Assembly (NCBI GenBank): GCA_029259175.1
Contig: JAPDJH010000001.1
Location: 160,001-224,000, forward strand
DNA length: 64,000 nt
Source: Hadesarchaea archaeon
GTDB taxonomy: Archaea > Hadarchaeota > Hadarchaeia > Hadarchaeales > Hadarchaeaceae
Direction of reading: 5' to 3'
Shown: positions 30,077 to 40,525 of the stretch, one piece after another
How positions within the stretch are numbered: position 1 is the stretch's first letter
Layout of the letters: each line of letters starts with the position of its first letter
Translations under genes and position numbers: made by a program
Notes under the pieces: model-generated
What the model was told of the DNA's origin: nothing
Database searches by the model: none
Seen by the model: the letters and a program-made list of their open reading frames with translations, nothing else

Positions 30077-30238
30077 ATGCCCGTGTGTAGCTCGTGCAAC
30101 CGCGAGATCCCGCCAGCCGAAGTGGCCGTTCACTTCCCGTGCCCCAACTGCGGAGAGACAGAAATCTGGCGGTGTTCCAAGTGTCGCCAGCTGAGCAAGG
30201 AGTACACCTGCTCGGCGTGCGGGTTCACCGGCCCGTGA
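30077..30238 (+). CDS. DUF1610 zinc-finger protein (not in ORF track)
   Basis: [28 protein letters not shown]; the usual neighbour upstream of aEF-1beta. Confidence 0.92.
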   Translation: MPVCSSCNREIPPAEVAVHFPCPNCGETEIWRCSKCRQLSKEYTCSACGFTGP

Positions 30239-30247
30239 GGTGAGCGA

Positions 30248-30508
30248 ATGGCAAAAGTCGCTGTCACTCTCAAATTGATGCCCGAGGGTCTGGATGTTGA
30301 CCTCGGTCGCCTCGAGCAGCAGGTGCGGGAGCTCGCGGAGGTGTACTCGGTGTCGAGAGAGCCCATAGCTTTTGGACTTCAGGCTCTCAAAGTCACCGTG
30401 TTGGTGGAGGACGCCGCCGGAGCCAGCGACCAAGTGGAGGAAGCCCTGACCAAGCTCCCGGGTGTGAGCAACGTCCAAGTAGTCAGCTTAACGCGTGTGC
30501 TGGAGTGA
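30248..30508 (+). CDS. ef1b: Elongation factor 1-beta
   Basis: KLMPE..EPIAFGLQAL. Confidence 0.95.
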   Translation: MAKVAVTLKLMPEGLDVDLGRLEQQVRELAEVYSVSREPIAFGLQALKVTVLVEDAAGASDQVEEALTKLPGVSNVQVVSLTRVLE

Positions 30509-30510
30509 CT

Positions 30511-31533
30511 TTAGAGCTCCCAGTACTCTCTCAGCGCATGCTTCAGTCTTTCTATCGATGGTGGTGCTTTTCGTTTTTTTGGCGCGTCAAACCGCTCCCC
30601 CTGCATGGCCTTTACCATATACGTGGCACTCTCGCCTAGAGCCTGCAAGTCATATCCGCCTTCCAACACCACGAGCACCCTATGTTTGCACAGACGCCCA
30701 GCTACGTCACAGACCACGCCCATCATCCAGCCGTACATCTCGGAAGAAAGCAGAAGAGAGGTGAGCGGATCGCGCTGGTGCGCGTCAAATCCCGCTGACA
30801 CCGCTATGAACTCCGGCTTGAACTGCTCAGCGAGGGGTACAAAAACGTCCTCTATGGCCGTCCGATACTCCGCGTCCCCGCTTTCAGGCAGCATGGGGAC
30901 ATTGGCCGTGAACCCTTCTCCTTCTCCCACTCCTATCTCATCCACTCTTCCCGTTCCCGGGTACAGGGGCGATTGATGAAAAGAAATGTAGAACACCTCC
31001 GGGTCCTCAAAAAAGATGTCTTGCGTGCCGTTTCCGTGATGGGCATCGAAATCCAAGATGAGCGTGCGCTTGAGACCAAACTCCTGCTGGATTTTTCGGA
31101 TCGCTATCGCGATATTATTGAAGTAGCAAAACCCTCCTCCAGCGCTTCTGAGAGCGTGGTGTCCGGGTGGTCTGACAAGAGCAAAGGAGTTCTGAACCTC
31201 TCCTCTCCACGCCGCTCTCGCACCCTCGATCGCTCCTCCCGCGGAGAGCAAAGCGAGCTCATAGGTCTGCTTTCGTGTGGGCGTGTCCCCATCTATCGGG
31301 ATCTCCGAGGCGCTGAGCCTTCGAACCAGCTCAACATATTCAGCGCTGTGAACCGCGCGCACATCTCCTACCTTTGCCGGCTTTGGCTGTCGGACGGGAG
31401 TGGATGGAGAATCCCAGAGTCCAGCCCTTTCCAAGCCATCGATTATCGCGTTCAGGCGTTCGGCTCTCTCCGGATGCCCCCACCCAGTATCGTGCTCCAG
31501 ATACCGGGGAGTGTAAACGAGCAAAGTCTTCAT
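30511..31533 (-). CDS. Histone deacetylase family protein
   Basis: HPERAER, RPPGHH, GFCYFNN, DFDAHHGNGTQ, SAGFD, LEGGY. Confidence 0.95.
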   Translation of the reverse strand: MKTLLVYTPRYLEHDTGWGHPERAERLNAIIDGLERAGLWDSPSTPVRQPKPAKVGDVRAVHSAEYVELVRRLSASEIPIDGDTPTRKQTYELALLSAGGAIEGARAAWRGEVQNSFALVRPPGHHALRSAGGGFCYFNNIAIAIRKIQQEFGLKRTLILDFDAHHGNGTQDIFFEDPEVFYISFHQSPLYPGTGRVDEIGVGEGEGFTANVPMLPESGDAEYRTAIEDVFVPLAEQFKPEFIAVSAGFDAHQRDPLTSLLLSSEMYGWMMGVVCDVAGRLCKHRVLVVLEGGYDLQALGESATYMVKAMQGERFDAPKKRKAPPSIERLKHALREYWEL

Positions 31534-32204
31534 TTCTTCTCCTCCAGCTCCGCGCGTTTGATGAGGTAATAACCGCGGGTTCCCATCCACTGCTTTTCAG
31601 CCTCCAGAATTCTTATCTTTTTCTTGAAAATCGGACCATCGACAACAAAGGTTTCGTATTCGCCGCCTTCCCCCACAGGATTTATTTGATAGCGATGACA
31701 GATCCGCAAGAATTCTTCTACAGCGGGGGCATCAAACGTCCTGCCGAGCCAGCGCTCGTCTAAACCATGGGCTGCGACTCCGGTGATCAGAATTTCGAAT
31801 CCCGAATCGACTTCCGCTTTCAGCACCTCTTCGGGCTGGCGCCCCCAGAGTGGTGCTATGGACTCCAAACCCAACTCCCTGCAGACGCTGTCGATTCTCG
31901 ATTTTTGATATCGCGACGCCACCGCACCGCTGACGACCCCTTCAGCATCGGCCTCCGCGAGCGCTTGCTTGAGAATCTCCACCTCCCGTTCCGGGTCCGT
32001 GGCGCACCTCACCTGGCGAAGGGGCAGACCCACGGCTTCCGCAAAGATTCCCACGAGCTCTGCGTTGGGCCAGTGAAACATGTATGAGTCCGGATCCACG
32101 GGCAAGAGCGCAACGATTTCTGCCACTTGATGACCCTCACGAAGCGCCTCATACAAGGCGAATGTTGAGTCCTTTCCGCCACTGCAAAGAGCCACCACGC
32201 GCAC
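31530..32204 (-). CDS. Diphthine-ammonia ligase (Dph6/ATP_bind_4 family)
   Basis: SGGKDS, SYMFH, GEGGEYETFV. Confidence 0.92.
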   Translation of the reverse strand: MRVVALCSGGKDSTFALYEALREGHQVAEIVALLPVDPDSYMFHWPNAELVGIFAEAVGLPLRQVRCATDPEREVEILKQALAEADAEGVVSGAVASRYQKSRIDSVCRELGLESIAPLWGRQPEEVLKAEVDSGFEILITGVAAHGLDERWLGRTFDAPAVEEFLRICHRYQINPVGEGGEYETFVVDGPIFKKKIRILEAEKQWMGTRGYYLIKRAELEEKK

Positions 32205-32238
32205 GGGACAAAATATCCGGGAAAGGATTTACGTTTTG

Positions 32239-34209
32239 TTATCGCTGAGTTTCGACCCCGTAATCAAAAACTGGCTCGCGGAGCATGAAGAGCCGGGCGT
32301 GAGCCGCTTGCTCTGCCAAGGGGAGCGGCAGAGACTCCAGCTCCCTCAGCACTTCAGCCGTCTGAAGGATCAACCGCTGCAAATCACCTTCTTCCATTCC
32401 GCTCTCGTTCACGAGCTCGTTCCAAGCCATTCGGGTGCTGGCCCACTGGCTGGCAATTGCTGCAGCCGTGACCGCAGGGCTACGCTTCCCGCCGCGAAAG
32501 GGTTCACCAAAAGCAGACGGGTCTATTCCGTACCTCCGCTCTAGTGCGTCAAGCTCGCGCGCCAAGTTGCGCAGAGGCCGGATGTCCGGTCCCTTCAGAG
32601 CGCTGCGTGACGAACGCTCCGCAGCCATTGCTCCGGCCCACCCGGCGAGTTCCTCCGGATCGAGTTCGTCCATCAGTCCTCGGCGTATCGCCTCACAAAT
32701 CAGCAGTGAGCGCTCATGCCTGACCAGCAAGGCCCACTCCCCCTGCTCTGTGGGCTCGTATTCCGCCGAGAGATAACCCAGCTCCTGGAGAAGTTCGGCT
32801 CTGGCCCTGAACTGGTAGATCAGTTCTCGTCTGAGACGTCTGCGCTGCTTTCTGCTCCGACGGCTCAGTTGATAGAGAGCTAGGCTCCGATCAACCACGG
32901 TTACTGCCTCCTGCAGATCGTGCTTGGCCAACAAGTTGAGCACCTGGTAATAGCGCACGCGAAACGCCGAGAGGAGCTCTTCTGGCTCGCTTTCCGCAAG
33001 TTCGCGCGCCAGACGGAGGTCCCGCGAAGAGAACGGCAACACGATTACGAATCCTACTTTGTCCTTTCCCCGGCGGCCAGCGCGCCCCGTCATCTGGTGG
33101 AATTCCAGTGCCGTGAGCGGTCGTCTCCCCTCGGGACCACCAACCCAAAGAGTCGGGAGCACTACTGTCCGGGCGGGAACATCGAGACCAGCAGCCAAAG
33201 TGGTGGTCGCGAAAACTGCGCGCACCATTCCCCGTGCCAACATTCGCTCGACGGCGATTTTCCAAGCAGTGAGGTGTCCGGCGTGGTGGGGGGCCACTCC
33301 GGCGTCGATCAAAACTCCGGAGAAGTGGTGGGTTCGCAATATCGTGAACTCCTGAGCCAGTTCTCGGTAAACCCGCTCCCGTTCGTGCGCTCCAGCCACT
33401 CGAACCCCGCGAAAGCGTGATGCTGCCCAGTCGCAGTCCCTCCTTCGAGGCAGAAAAATAATCGCAGGCAACAAGTGGTGACGCTCCAGTTGTTCCACCG
33501 TCCACACGGGATCGAATCCGCGGTGGAAAAGGCCGCGGGCCTTCCACGGATTTCTCATGCCAGAAAGGGGGAGAGGGCGTCCAAAACGGTCCATCCATCC
33601 GTAGCGTAGCGGAACTGGACGCTGATCGCTACTCACTTGGATCAGAGCGGGTCTGCTTCCTCGCACCTCCTCCATCCATCCGACTATCTCCTCGGCGTTT
33701 GCTATGGTGGCCGAGAGGAGCAAAAGCTTGGTCCGCGGGGGCGCGAAGATGATTACCTCCTCCCACGTCACTCCGCGTTCCAGTTCTCCGATGTAGTGCG
33801 CCTCGTCCAGCACCACGAGAGCCGCGTCGACTTCCCCACTGTAGAGATGGTTACGCAAGATCTCGGTTGTCGCGACCAGTAGCGGGGCTCCAGCGTTCTC
33901 ATGGCGCTCCCCCGTGAGGATTCCCACGCGGTCAGGACCAAACAGTCTGCGGAAATTGTCGTATTTCTGGTTGCTCAGAGCTTTGAGAGGGGTGGTGTAC
34001 CAGCAGCGTGCGCCGCGTTCTAGCAGACGGGCAATCGCTTGTTCTGCAATCCACGTCTTGCCGCTGCCCGTGGGCGCAACGACGACCGTGTCTCTGTGCA
34101 GGACCTCCTGAAGCGCTTGGGTCTGAAACGGCGATGGAATGAAGGGGCCGGGCTCCGCCTCACCGAGACCGCGAAGGAACTGTGCCGAGAGTTTTCCAAG
34201 TCTAGCCAT
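32239..34209 (-). CDS. Ski2/HelY-like SF2 helicase with DSHCT-like C-terminus
   Basis: APTGSGKT, PLKALSNQK, DEAHY, SAT, HHAG, QMTGRAGRRG, EEGDLQR. Confidence 0.9.
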   Translation of the reverse strand: MARLGKLSAQFLRGLGEAEPGPFIPSPFQTQALQEVLHRDTVVVAPTGSGKTWIAEQAIARLLERGARCWYTTPLKALSNQKYDNFRRLFGPDRVGILTGERHENAGAPLLVATTEILRNHLYSGEVDAALVVLDEAHYIGELERGVTWEEVIIFAPPRTKLLLLSATIANAEEIVGWMEEVRGSRPALIQVSSDQRPVPLRYGWMDRFGRPLPLSGMRNPWKARGLFHRGFDPVWTVEQLERHHLLPAIIFLPRRRDCDWAASRFRGVRVAGAHERERVYRELAQEFTILRTHHFSGVLIDAGVAPHHAGHLTAWKIAVERMLARGMVRAVFATTTLAAGLDVPARTVVLPTLWVGGPEGRRPLTALEFHQMTGRAGRRGKDKVGFVIVLPFSSRDLRLARELAESEPEELLSAFRVRYYQVLNLLAKHDLQEAVTVVDRSLALYQLSRRSRKQRRRLRRELIYQFRARAELLQELGYLSAEYEPTEQGEWALLVRHERSLLICEAIRRGLMDELDPEELAGWAGAMAAERSSRSALKGPDIRPLRNLARELDALERRYGIDPSAFGEPFRGGKRSPAVTAAAIASQWASTRMAWNELVNESGMEEGDLQRLILQTAEVLRELESLPLPLAEQAAHARLFMLREPVFDYGVETQR

Positions 34210-34303
34210 CTTATGTGATTTGGTGTATGTTTCCTAAAAAATCCGCAGGCGTCAGGGTTTCCCGTCAGACTTATAATTCAAACGGTTTGGGCCAGTTCAA
34301 CCT

Positions 34304-35533
34304 TCACAATCCGAAAGCTCTCAAAACACTACCCTTCAATCCCGCGAAATACAAAATACAGGGAACCATGATCACGCCCATGCAGTGCGTCCGTTTAACA
34401 TGTACAAATCCCGGAAGCATGCCGATGGCCGTCGCGGTACCGAACACCAGCAGACCGAGGGGTCCAGAATAGAAGAACACGAGAGCAGTAACCAAACACA
34501 GAACCGCCGAGCACAGGACTCGATAGGGCACGTTTTCGATGCGCACCGCAATAACTCTTGCCAGCCGGAGGGTGAGCACCGCCGCCATGCCGCCGACCAT
34601 AAGGGCTACACCCACCAGAAACAGTAGCTCCCTGAGATCCACATCTATCAGCTGGCCCACGGCGACAGCTGCACCACTTCGTGCGCGACCGATGGCGTAG
34701 AGAGCCACAAAAGAAAAAAGGGCTTTAGACGTGTTCACGGAGCTTACCGCTGTCAGGAACTCTTCCGTGCCACTGGATCCCGTTGCCAGTTGCGCGAGTA
34801 TCGTGCCCTGCGAGGGGCCTATCCCGGGGATCACCCCCGTGATCGCTCCCGCAGTGGTGCCGGCGATGAGTGGCCGAATGGCCTCGCCGGTGGAGAAATC
34901 CTCGCTCCCCGTGTATTGCTCTGGCAGAACGCTCCCCGAGAGAATGCTTGGAAGCAACACGCTTGCACCGAAAAGTCCCGAAAGCAGCGGCATGAGCGCC
35001 ACATCGCCACTCATGAGTCCGGTGTCCAAAGTGAAGAGACCCAGCAAGCCGGAGAGGAAAAAGATGAGCAGAGCCCACCCGATTCTGACGGGCGTCCGCT
35101 CCAACACGATCATAGTCGCTATCACTGCGGACAACAACCAATGCATCCCGGGACGGATCAGGTTGTAAGCAGGCCCCACAAGCAACAAAAATGGTAGAAG
35201 CAGGGCTGCGCTAAGCATCAGTCCTCCCAAGCAGCCCCAGGTGGTGAGCCTCACAGCGTGGACACCGCGTCCTTCGAGCAGCAAACGATGGGCCGGGAGA
35301 ACCGAGAGTTCTGTTCCTTCCTCCGGCACGCCGAGAAAAGTGGAGGGAATATAGCTGACAAACACGTTTGTTATCGACATGGCGACTATGAGCGCCGCAA
35401 AATCAGTGGATCCCGATCCGCCAGCCAGCAGAACAAACATTGGGGTCAAATTGTTGACGTGGAGCCCGGGGATGAGGCCCGTTACTACTCCGAGCCCCAC
35501 GCCGACGAGGGAGCAAAGCAGAAACTGTAGCAT
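34304..35533 (-). CDS. Archaeal TctA-family membrane protein
   Basis: GLIPGLHVN, IPSTFLGVP, SVLPAH, LLSGLFG. Confidence 0.88.
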   Translation of the reverse strand: MLQFLLCSLVGVGLGVVTGLIPGLHVNNLTPMFVLLAGGSGSTDFAALIVAMSITNVFVSYIPSTFLGVPEEGTELSVLPAHRLLLEGRGVHAVRLTTWGCLGGLMLSAALLLPFLLLVGPAYNLIRPGMHWLLSAVIATMIVLERTPVRIGWALLIFFLSGLLGLFTLDTGLMSGDVALMPLLSGLFGASVLLPSILSGSVLPEQYTGSEDFSTGEAIRPLIAGTTAGAITGVIPGIGPSQGTILAQLATGSSGTEEFLTAVSSVNTSKALFSFVALYAIGRARSGAAVAVGQLIDVDLRELLFLVGVALMVGGMAAVLTLRLARVIAVRIENVPYRVLCSAVLCLVTALVFFYSGPLGLLVFGTATAIGMLPGFVHVKRTHCMGVIMVPCILYFAGLKGSVLRAFGL

Positions 35534-35534
35534 T

Positions 35535-36203
35535 TCAGGCGCCTTCCACTGTCTGCACGCATCCAGGACTGGTTATGCGAAGCTCGGGAACACCGTTGTA
35601 CAGCTGGAGCCATCCGCTCGCTCTCACCATGTCGCCCACATCCACGGGAGGAAAACCGTTGCCGGCGATCCATCCCGGCACGAAGACCGTCAAGCGTGCC
35701 GTGCCTTCTCCGAGCGTGAGCAGCAAGTGCCCGGAGCCCACTATATCGCGCTCCACAACCACGCCCTGAACCTTCACGGGACTGCCCACGTTGTCTGCTG
35801 ACACCTCGGAGACGGATACGGGAGCCGTGTGAACCACGCGGACATCCGCTGGCTCGGAGGGAACCACCTCGAGATCCTCCCGGTAGAGCTTCACTTCACC
35901 GCGCACTTGAACAAAGTCTAGCAATTCTACCGGATCTTCCAATGCACTTCTGATACGATTGAATATGGGAACGCTCACGACACCACCGGAGTTGTCCTGA
36001 AGTTTGAGAAAGAGGTGTCCATCATCGGTCGTGCGGAGATCCACGACTTGTCCGGATATCACCACTCGAGTGCCGACAAAATCGTTGTCGAGGGCAGCTA
36101 TCGGTGTCAATCGGGGGCGGACGGAGAGCCCGGCGCCGTACACGGCTGCGAGGCCTACCAGAGAGCACACCAAGCTAAGGCGAATCATGACGTGGTCATT
36201 CAT
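35535..36203 (-). CDS. Membrane-anchored double OB-fold protein
   Basis: N-terminal transmembrane segment and two repeats ending V.GEVKLY / A.GWLQLY..EL. Confidence 0.8.
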   Translation of the reverse strand: MNDHVMIRLSLVCSLVGLAAVYGAGLSVRPRLTPIAALDNDFVGTRVVISGQVVDLRTTDDGHLFLKLQDNSGGVVSVPIFNRIRSALEDPVELLDFVQVRGEVKLYREDLEVVPSEPADVRVVHTAPVSVSEVSADNVGSPVKVQGVVVERDIVGSGHLLLTLGEGTARLTVFVPGWIAGNGFPPVDVGDMVRASGWLQLYNGVPELRITSPGCVQTVEGA

Positions 36204-36301
36204 CGAACCCGCTACCGTTTTGAGATGAAGGTTGCTTATAAAGCGGAAAAAAGGCTCAATCGATGCCTCTATAAATTGTGGAGTGCAAGTTCATCGGTTC
36301 C

Positions 36302-37792
36302 ATGCGGAGACTCCTTGGGATGATCGCGGCGGTGCTGGTGCTGGCATCGCTTCCAGGGGTGAAGGCACAAAGCGTTGAGGAATCAGCCATATATGAAATA
36401 ACCATCGACTATGTGTTTTCCAATAGCTCCAATTACACGGCGAAAAACGTGGTTGCAAGGATCTATCTCTTCGACAACTGGAGCGGGTGGACTGAACAAC
36501 GTGTTTTGGGGGAGTCGATTATGCTAGATGACACACCTATTCACCCGAAAATCCACGACGAGAAAGACAACCGATGGGTAGAGGTAGAGCTCGGAACTCT
36601 GGGAGCACGTACGTCTAAAACCGTGCACGTTACCCAAGTCGTGAAGGTGGAGACCGTCGAGTTCACAATCGACCCAACACTGGTCGGGAGCGGATACCCA
36701 GAGGAGCTCCAAGAATTCGTTCAGCCAGTGCCCAATCTCTTCCAAAGCGATGACCCGAAGATCCAGACGCTGGCTCAGGAATTGACTGAGAACACTCAAA
36801 ATCCATATCTGCAAGCCCAGCAAATTTTCAATTTCGTTGTGGAGAACATAACATATGAGACGCAAACGAAGGCACATAGTGCCCTTTGGACTCTTAACGA
36901 GGGCAGAGGGGACTGCGACGACTTTTCCGCCCTCTTCGTAGCGTTGGCCAGGGCAGCGGGCATACCTGCAAAAGTCGTTTCGGGCTATTTGTTTTCTGAG
37001 AACGCCCTGATCGATCATTCGGTAAACACCGATTACGCCGGACACGCATGGGCCATTTTCTACGTGCCAGGGTATGACTGCTGGTTCCCCGTTGACCTCA
37101 CTGTTCCAGCGCGAATAGAAGAGCTTGGAGAAATAAATGGGCGCCCCTACATGAGAGGAAAAGCCATCGGCTCATTCGGCGATATCAACTTCTATCATCT
37201 CGTGGGAGCGATTACAAGTGGGAAAGAAGTCGTCCAAAACAACGAAATCAAATGGCCGGGACCTGGTCAGGCGAGCGTCACGTGGAGCTATACAGAGCCC
37301 TATAACCCAAACGTCACCATAGACACCGGTGGAACGGTGACCCCCGTTCTGCTCTTGGATCTAGAAACCACTGCGGCCACCCAGATAAAATCGGATGGGA
37401 GCTTGGACTTCACCGTGAGAGTGAAGAACCGAGGCACTTCTGACGTTTCATCGGTTCGGGTCACTCTCGAATACGATCCGGAAAATTTTGAAGCGGTAAA
37501 CGTCGAAAACGAAAAAAACACGCTCAAAAGCGGTGAAGAGTGGGAGTCCGTGCTGACCCTGCGGGTGCGAGACAACGCCTACGGAGAAAACCACATCGTT
37601 GGGGTGCGAGCCACGTACACCTCTGATTACGAGGGGGTGGAGAAAAGTTACGCTGCCAGCTCCGAGGTGCTCCTCTCCATACCGCCCAAACCTCCGGCGA
37701 TAGTGCTGGTGGACTATCAGACCCTGCTCCTGTTGATCGCAATAGCCGTGGCTGTCGGAGCCATTGCGGGGGCGGTGGCGCGCAAGAGGTGA
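36302..37792 (+). CDS. Surface transglutaminase-like protein with Ig-like domain
   Basis: Signal peptide; GDCDDFS..GHAW..PVD triad; C-terminal transmembrane segment followed by RKR. Confidence 0.88.
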   Translation: MRRLLGMIAAVLVLASLPGVKAQSVEESAIYEITIDYVFSNSSNYTAKNVVARIYLFDNWSGWTEQRVLGESIMLDDTPIHPKIHDEKDNRWVEVELGTLGARTSKTVHVTQVVKVETVEFTIDPTLVGSGYPEELQEFVQPVPNLFQSDDPKIQTLAQELTENTQNPYLQAQQIFNFVVENITYETQTKAHSALWTLNEGRGDCDDFSALFVALARAAGIPAKVVSGYLFSENALIDHSVNTDYAGHAWAIFYVPGYDCWFPVDLTVPARIEELGEINGRPYMRGKAIGSFGDINFYHLVGAITSGKEVVQNNEIKWPGPGQASVTWSYTEPYNPNVTIDTGGTVTPVLLLDLETTAATQIKSDGSLDFTVRVKNRGTSDVSSVRVTLEYDPENFEAVNVENEKNTLKSGEEWESVLTLRVRDNAYGENHIVGVRATYTSDYEGVEKSYAASSEVLLSIPPKPPAIVLVDYQTLLLLIAIAVAVGAIAGAVARKR

Positions 37793-37837
37793 AGTGGGCC
37801 ATCAAAACTTTATATGAGCGCTCAGAGAGTGGTATCG

Positions 37838-38449
37838 ATGTACGGTTTTAGCGGCACGGTGGTCGGAATCCGATGCAAGGACGGGGTAGCGCTAGCATCC
37901 GACTCGAAAGGAGTTGCGTACTATCACGTGCTCAGCAAGCGAGTGAAAAAGGTCTTCAAGCTGGAGGACCGGATCGGGGCGGCCATTGCTGGGAGTCCGG
38001 GAGACGTGCAAGCGTTTGTCAATCTGCTGCGAGCCGAAGCTAATCTCTACCGGATTCACCACGACCGACCCATCACCCCGCGGGCGCTTGCACACCTCGC
38101 TTCCAACATCCTGCACGGGCGGCGCATCTTTCCCTACTTGCTGGAGGGGATGATCGGAGGGATGGACCAAGCGGGGCCCGTTCTGGTCTTTCTGGATCCC
38201 GTGGGAGGAAAACTAGAGGAGAAAGAGTTCGCGGCTGCGGGAACGGGCGCCTCTGTCGCCTACGGAGCTCTGGAGAAAGATTTCAAGGAGCGAATGAGTG
38301 TAAGCGAAGGAGCAAAACTCGCAGCTCGTTCGATTAAGAGCGCTATAGAACGGGATGCGGCCACGGGTGAGCGCACGGTTGTGGCCGTGGTGGACGCTCA
38401 AGGATACCGGGAACTATCGGATGCTGAGGTCCAGAAGCTTCTGAAATAA
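37838..38449 (+). CDS. psmB: Proteasome beta subunit, Thr1 apparently absent
   Basis: GTVVGIRCKDGVALASD..KKVF, DPVGG, ERDAATG. Confidence 0.9.
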   Translation: MYGFSGTVVGIRCKDGVALASDSKGVAYYHVLSKRVKKVFKLEDRIGAAIAGSPGDVQAFVNLLRAEANLYRIHHDRPITPRALAHLASNILHGRRIFPYLLEGMIGGMDQAGPVLVFLDPVGGKLEEKEFAAAGTGASVAYGALEKDFKERMSVSEGAKLAARSIKSAIERDAATGERTVVAVVDAQGYRELSDAEVQKLLK

Positions 38450-38464
38450 TGCGAGCGTGCAGGA

Positions 38465-39634
38465 ATGCGGCTGACTTTTTCCGATGCTGTAATCCTAGAA
38501 GGTGAAGAGCTGGAGCCCGTTCGCGGTTCTTTGGAAATCGAGAACGGACGAATAAAATCCGTTGGCGGGGCAAAACGTGGAGTCAATCTAAAAGGGGCCA
38601 TAATTATGCCGCCGTTCGTGAACGCGCACACACACATCGCAGACTACGGGTGGAAAGAGGGATACCTGGGCAGAACCCAGCCAGAGGTGGTTGGCCCAGC
38701 GGGGATCAAACACCAAGTGCTGTCGAAAAGCGGCACAAAAGCTGGAAGGGCTGTTCGCTCTGCCCTGGAGAGCATGTTGCGTACTGGAACTGTTTTCCAC
38801 CTCGACTTCAGAGAAGGGGGTGTGCGCGGAGTTCGATTTCTGCGAGAGCTTGGAATCCAGCCACTGAAGACCATGATTTTAGGAAGGGGCGATACACGGA
38901 AGGAACTCCGGCGAGTGCTACGGATCGCGGACGGGATAGGTCTCCCGTCCATCAACACGCTCTCAGAGCCCGTCATCAGAAATATTGCCGCGGTGTGTAG
39001 GCAGAAACGCAAGGTGTTTGCCCTCCATGTGGACGAGACGGCCGAGGAACACGAACGCTCTGTTGAGGAGTACGGGTGCAGCGAGCTGGAAAGAGCGCTA
39101 AAGCTGAAGCCCTCGTTTGTGGTTCACGCCACCCACGCTTCCACGTACGAGCTCGAGCTAGCTAGGCAGGCAGGAGTGCCTGTCGTGTTCTGTGTGCGCT
39201 CCAATTTCTTGTTGGGGGCGGGAATCCCTCCACTGGCGCTTGCGCTTGAAATCGGAGTGGAGAGCTGGATCGGAACGGACAATGGAATGGTTTGCGAGCC
39301 CAACATGTTTGAAGAACTCATGGCCGCGTGGCAATGCGTGCGCAGACAGAATCCGCGGGCCGGACGTGAAGAAGCACTTGCCCTGCTGCAGGGGGCCACG
39401 GGAAGACCCATCAGCAAGCTGGTCAAAAAAAGTGGCTGGATCGAAAAAGGCGCTCCAGCGACCTTTATGGTGTTGGCTCGAGGGCACAACTTGCAGTTCT
39501 TGGAAGATCTGCACGCCGGGATCGTGAACAGAGCTAGGGCTGAAAACATGGCGGCGCTTTTCGTCGAAGGGAAAGCGTTTTATTATGGAAAACACCAAGA
39601 AAAAGCGAAGATTTTGAAGACTAGGAACGGATGA
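38465..39634 (+). CDS. Amidohydrolase family protein
   Basis: NAHTH, DFREGG, LHVDE, VHATH, GTDN. Confidence 0.9.
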   Translation: MRLTFSDAVILEGEELEPVRGSLEIENGRIKSVGGAKRGVNLKGAIIMPPFVNAHTHIADYGWKEGYLGRTQPEVVGPAGIKHQVLSKSGTKAGRAVRSALESMLRTGTVFHLDFREGGVRGVRFLRELGIQPLKTMILGRGDTRKELRRVLRIADGIGLPSINTLSEPVIRNIAAVCRQKRKVFALHVDETAEEHERSVEEYGCSELERALKLKPSFVVHATHASTYELELARQAGVPVVFCVRSNFLLGAGIPPLALALEIGVESWIGTDNGMVCEPNMFEELMAAWQCVRRQNPRAGREEALALLQGATGRPISKLVKKSGWIEKGAPATFMVLARGHNLQFLEDLHAGIVNRARAENMAALFVEGKAFYYGKHQEKAKILKTRNG

Positions 39635-39638
39635 GAAG

Positions 39639-40475
39639 ATGAAAGTAAAAGACGTGATGACAGAAACCGTGAAGTGGGTGGAGATTCCGGGCACCCGGGC
39701 TGACGCGCTCGAGCTGATGAAAAAGCTCGGAGTGGAAGCGGTGCCGGCTGTGAAGAAAAGTACTGAAGAATACGTGGGGATGGTAGAGCTCCACGCTCTT
39801 TTTGAGAAGCCGGACGAGGACCAGTTGGCCCTCCTGGTCAACCGCAATGTCCCAACGCTATCGCCAGAAGACGATTTGTCCAAAGCGGCGAAGGTCTTCT
39901 TGGAGCGGAGGGAGAAGCGGCTCCCGGTGGTGAAGGACAACCGGGTGGTGGGAGTGCTTGCCGTGCGAGACGTGCTGGAACGAGTTCTGCTGAAATCGGA
40001 GATCCAAACCCCCGTGTCGGAGCTGATGCGGCCGCACATTATCGCTGTGTGGGACGGAACACCTCTTCCGGTTGTGGCCCAGCTCGTGCGACTGTCGGGC
40101 TTCAGAGAACTCCCAGTGATTGACAGTAGTGGAAAACTGGTGGGTATGATCAGCGACGCAGATCTGGTAAAGCTCAGCGATGTGGAGCTGGACTCGAAAA
40201 TGAGCCAGATGGTAGGACGGAGCGAGAGCGACAGCTGGGCGTGGGACACGGAGGCGCGCATTTACATCACGAAGAAAGAACTGAAGCTGCCGGATAAACC
40301 AGTTCGAGAGGTTATGAGAAAGGAAGTGGTGACGGTCGGAAAGCGCACACCCGCGACCAAAGTGGCCAAGCTGATGCTCGAGGAACGGGCAAAACAAGTG
40401 GTGGTTCAAGATCCAGATGAGAGACTGCTGGGCATCGTGCGTGACGTGGATTTGCTCAAAGCCCTCCTGAAATAA
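39639..40475 (+). CDS. CBS-domain protein (four CBS domains)
   Basis: Repeated V.D/E.M, LPVV, VG.I..D motifs. Confidence 0.9.
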   Translation: MKVKDVMTETVKWVEIPGTRADALELMKKLGVEAVPAVKKSTEEYVGMVELHALFEKPDEDQLALLVNRNVPTLSPEDDLSKAAKVFLERREKRLPVVKDNRVVGVLAVRDVLERVLLKSEIQTPVSELMRPHIIAVWDGTPLPVVAQLVRLSGFRELPVIDSSGKLVGMISDADLVKLSDVELDSKMSQMVGRSESDSWAWDTEARIYITKKELKLPDKPVREVMRKEVVTVGKRTPATKVAKLMLEERAKQVVVQDPDERLLGIVRDVDLLKALLK

Positions 40476-40525
40476 AGGGCTGGGAACTTTTTTAGGATGC
40501 GAGCCCTTATCCGTGGTGTGAAAGC

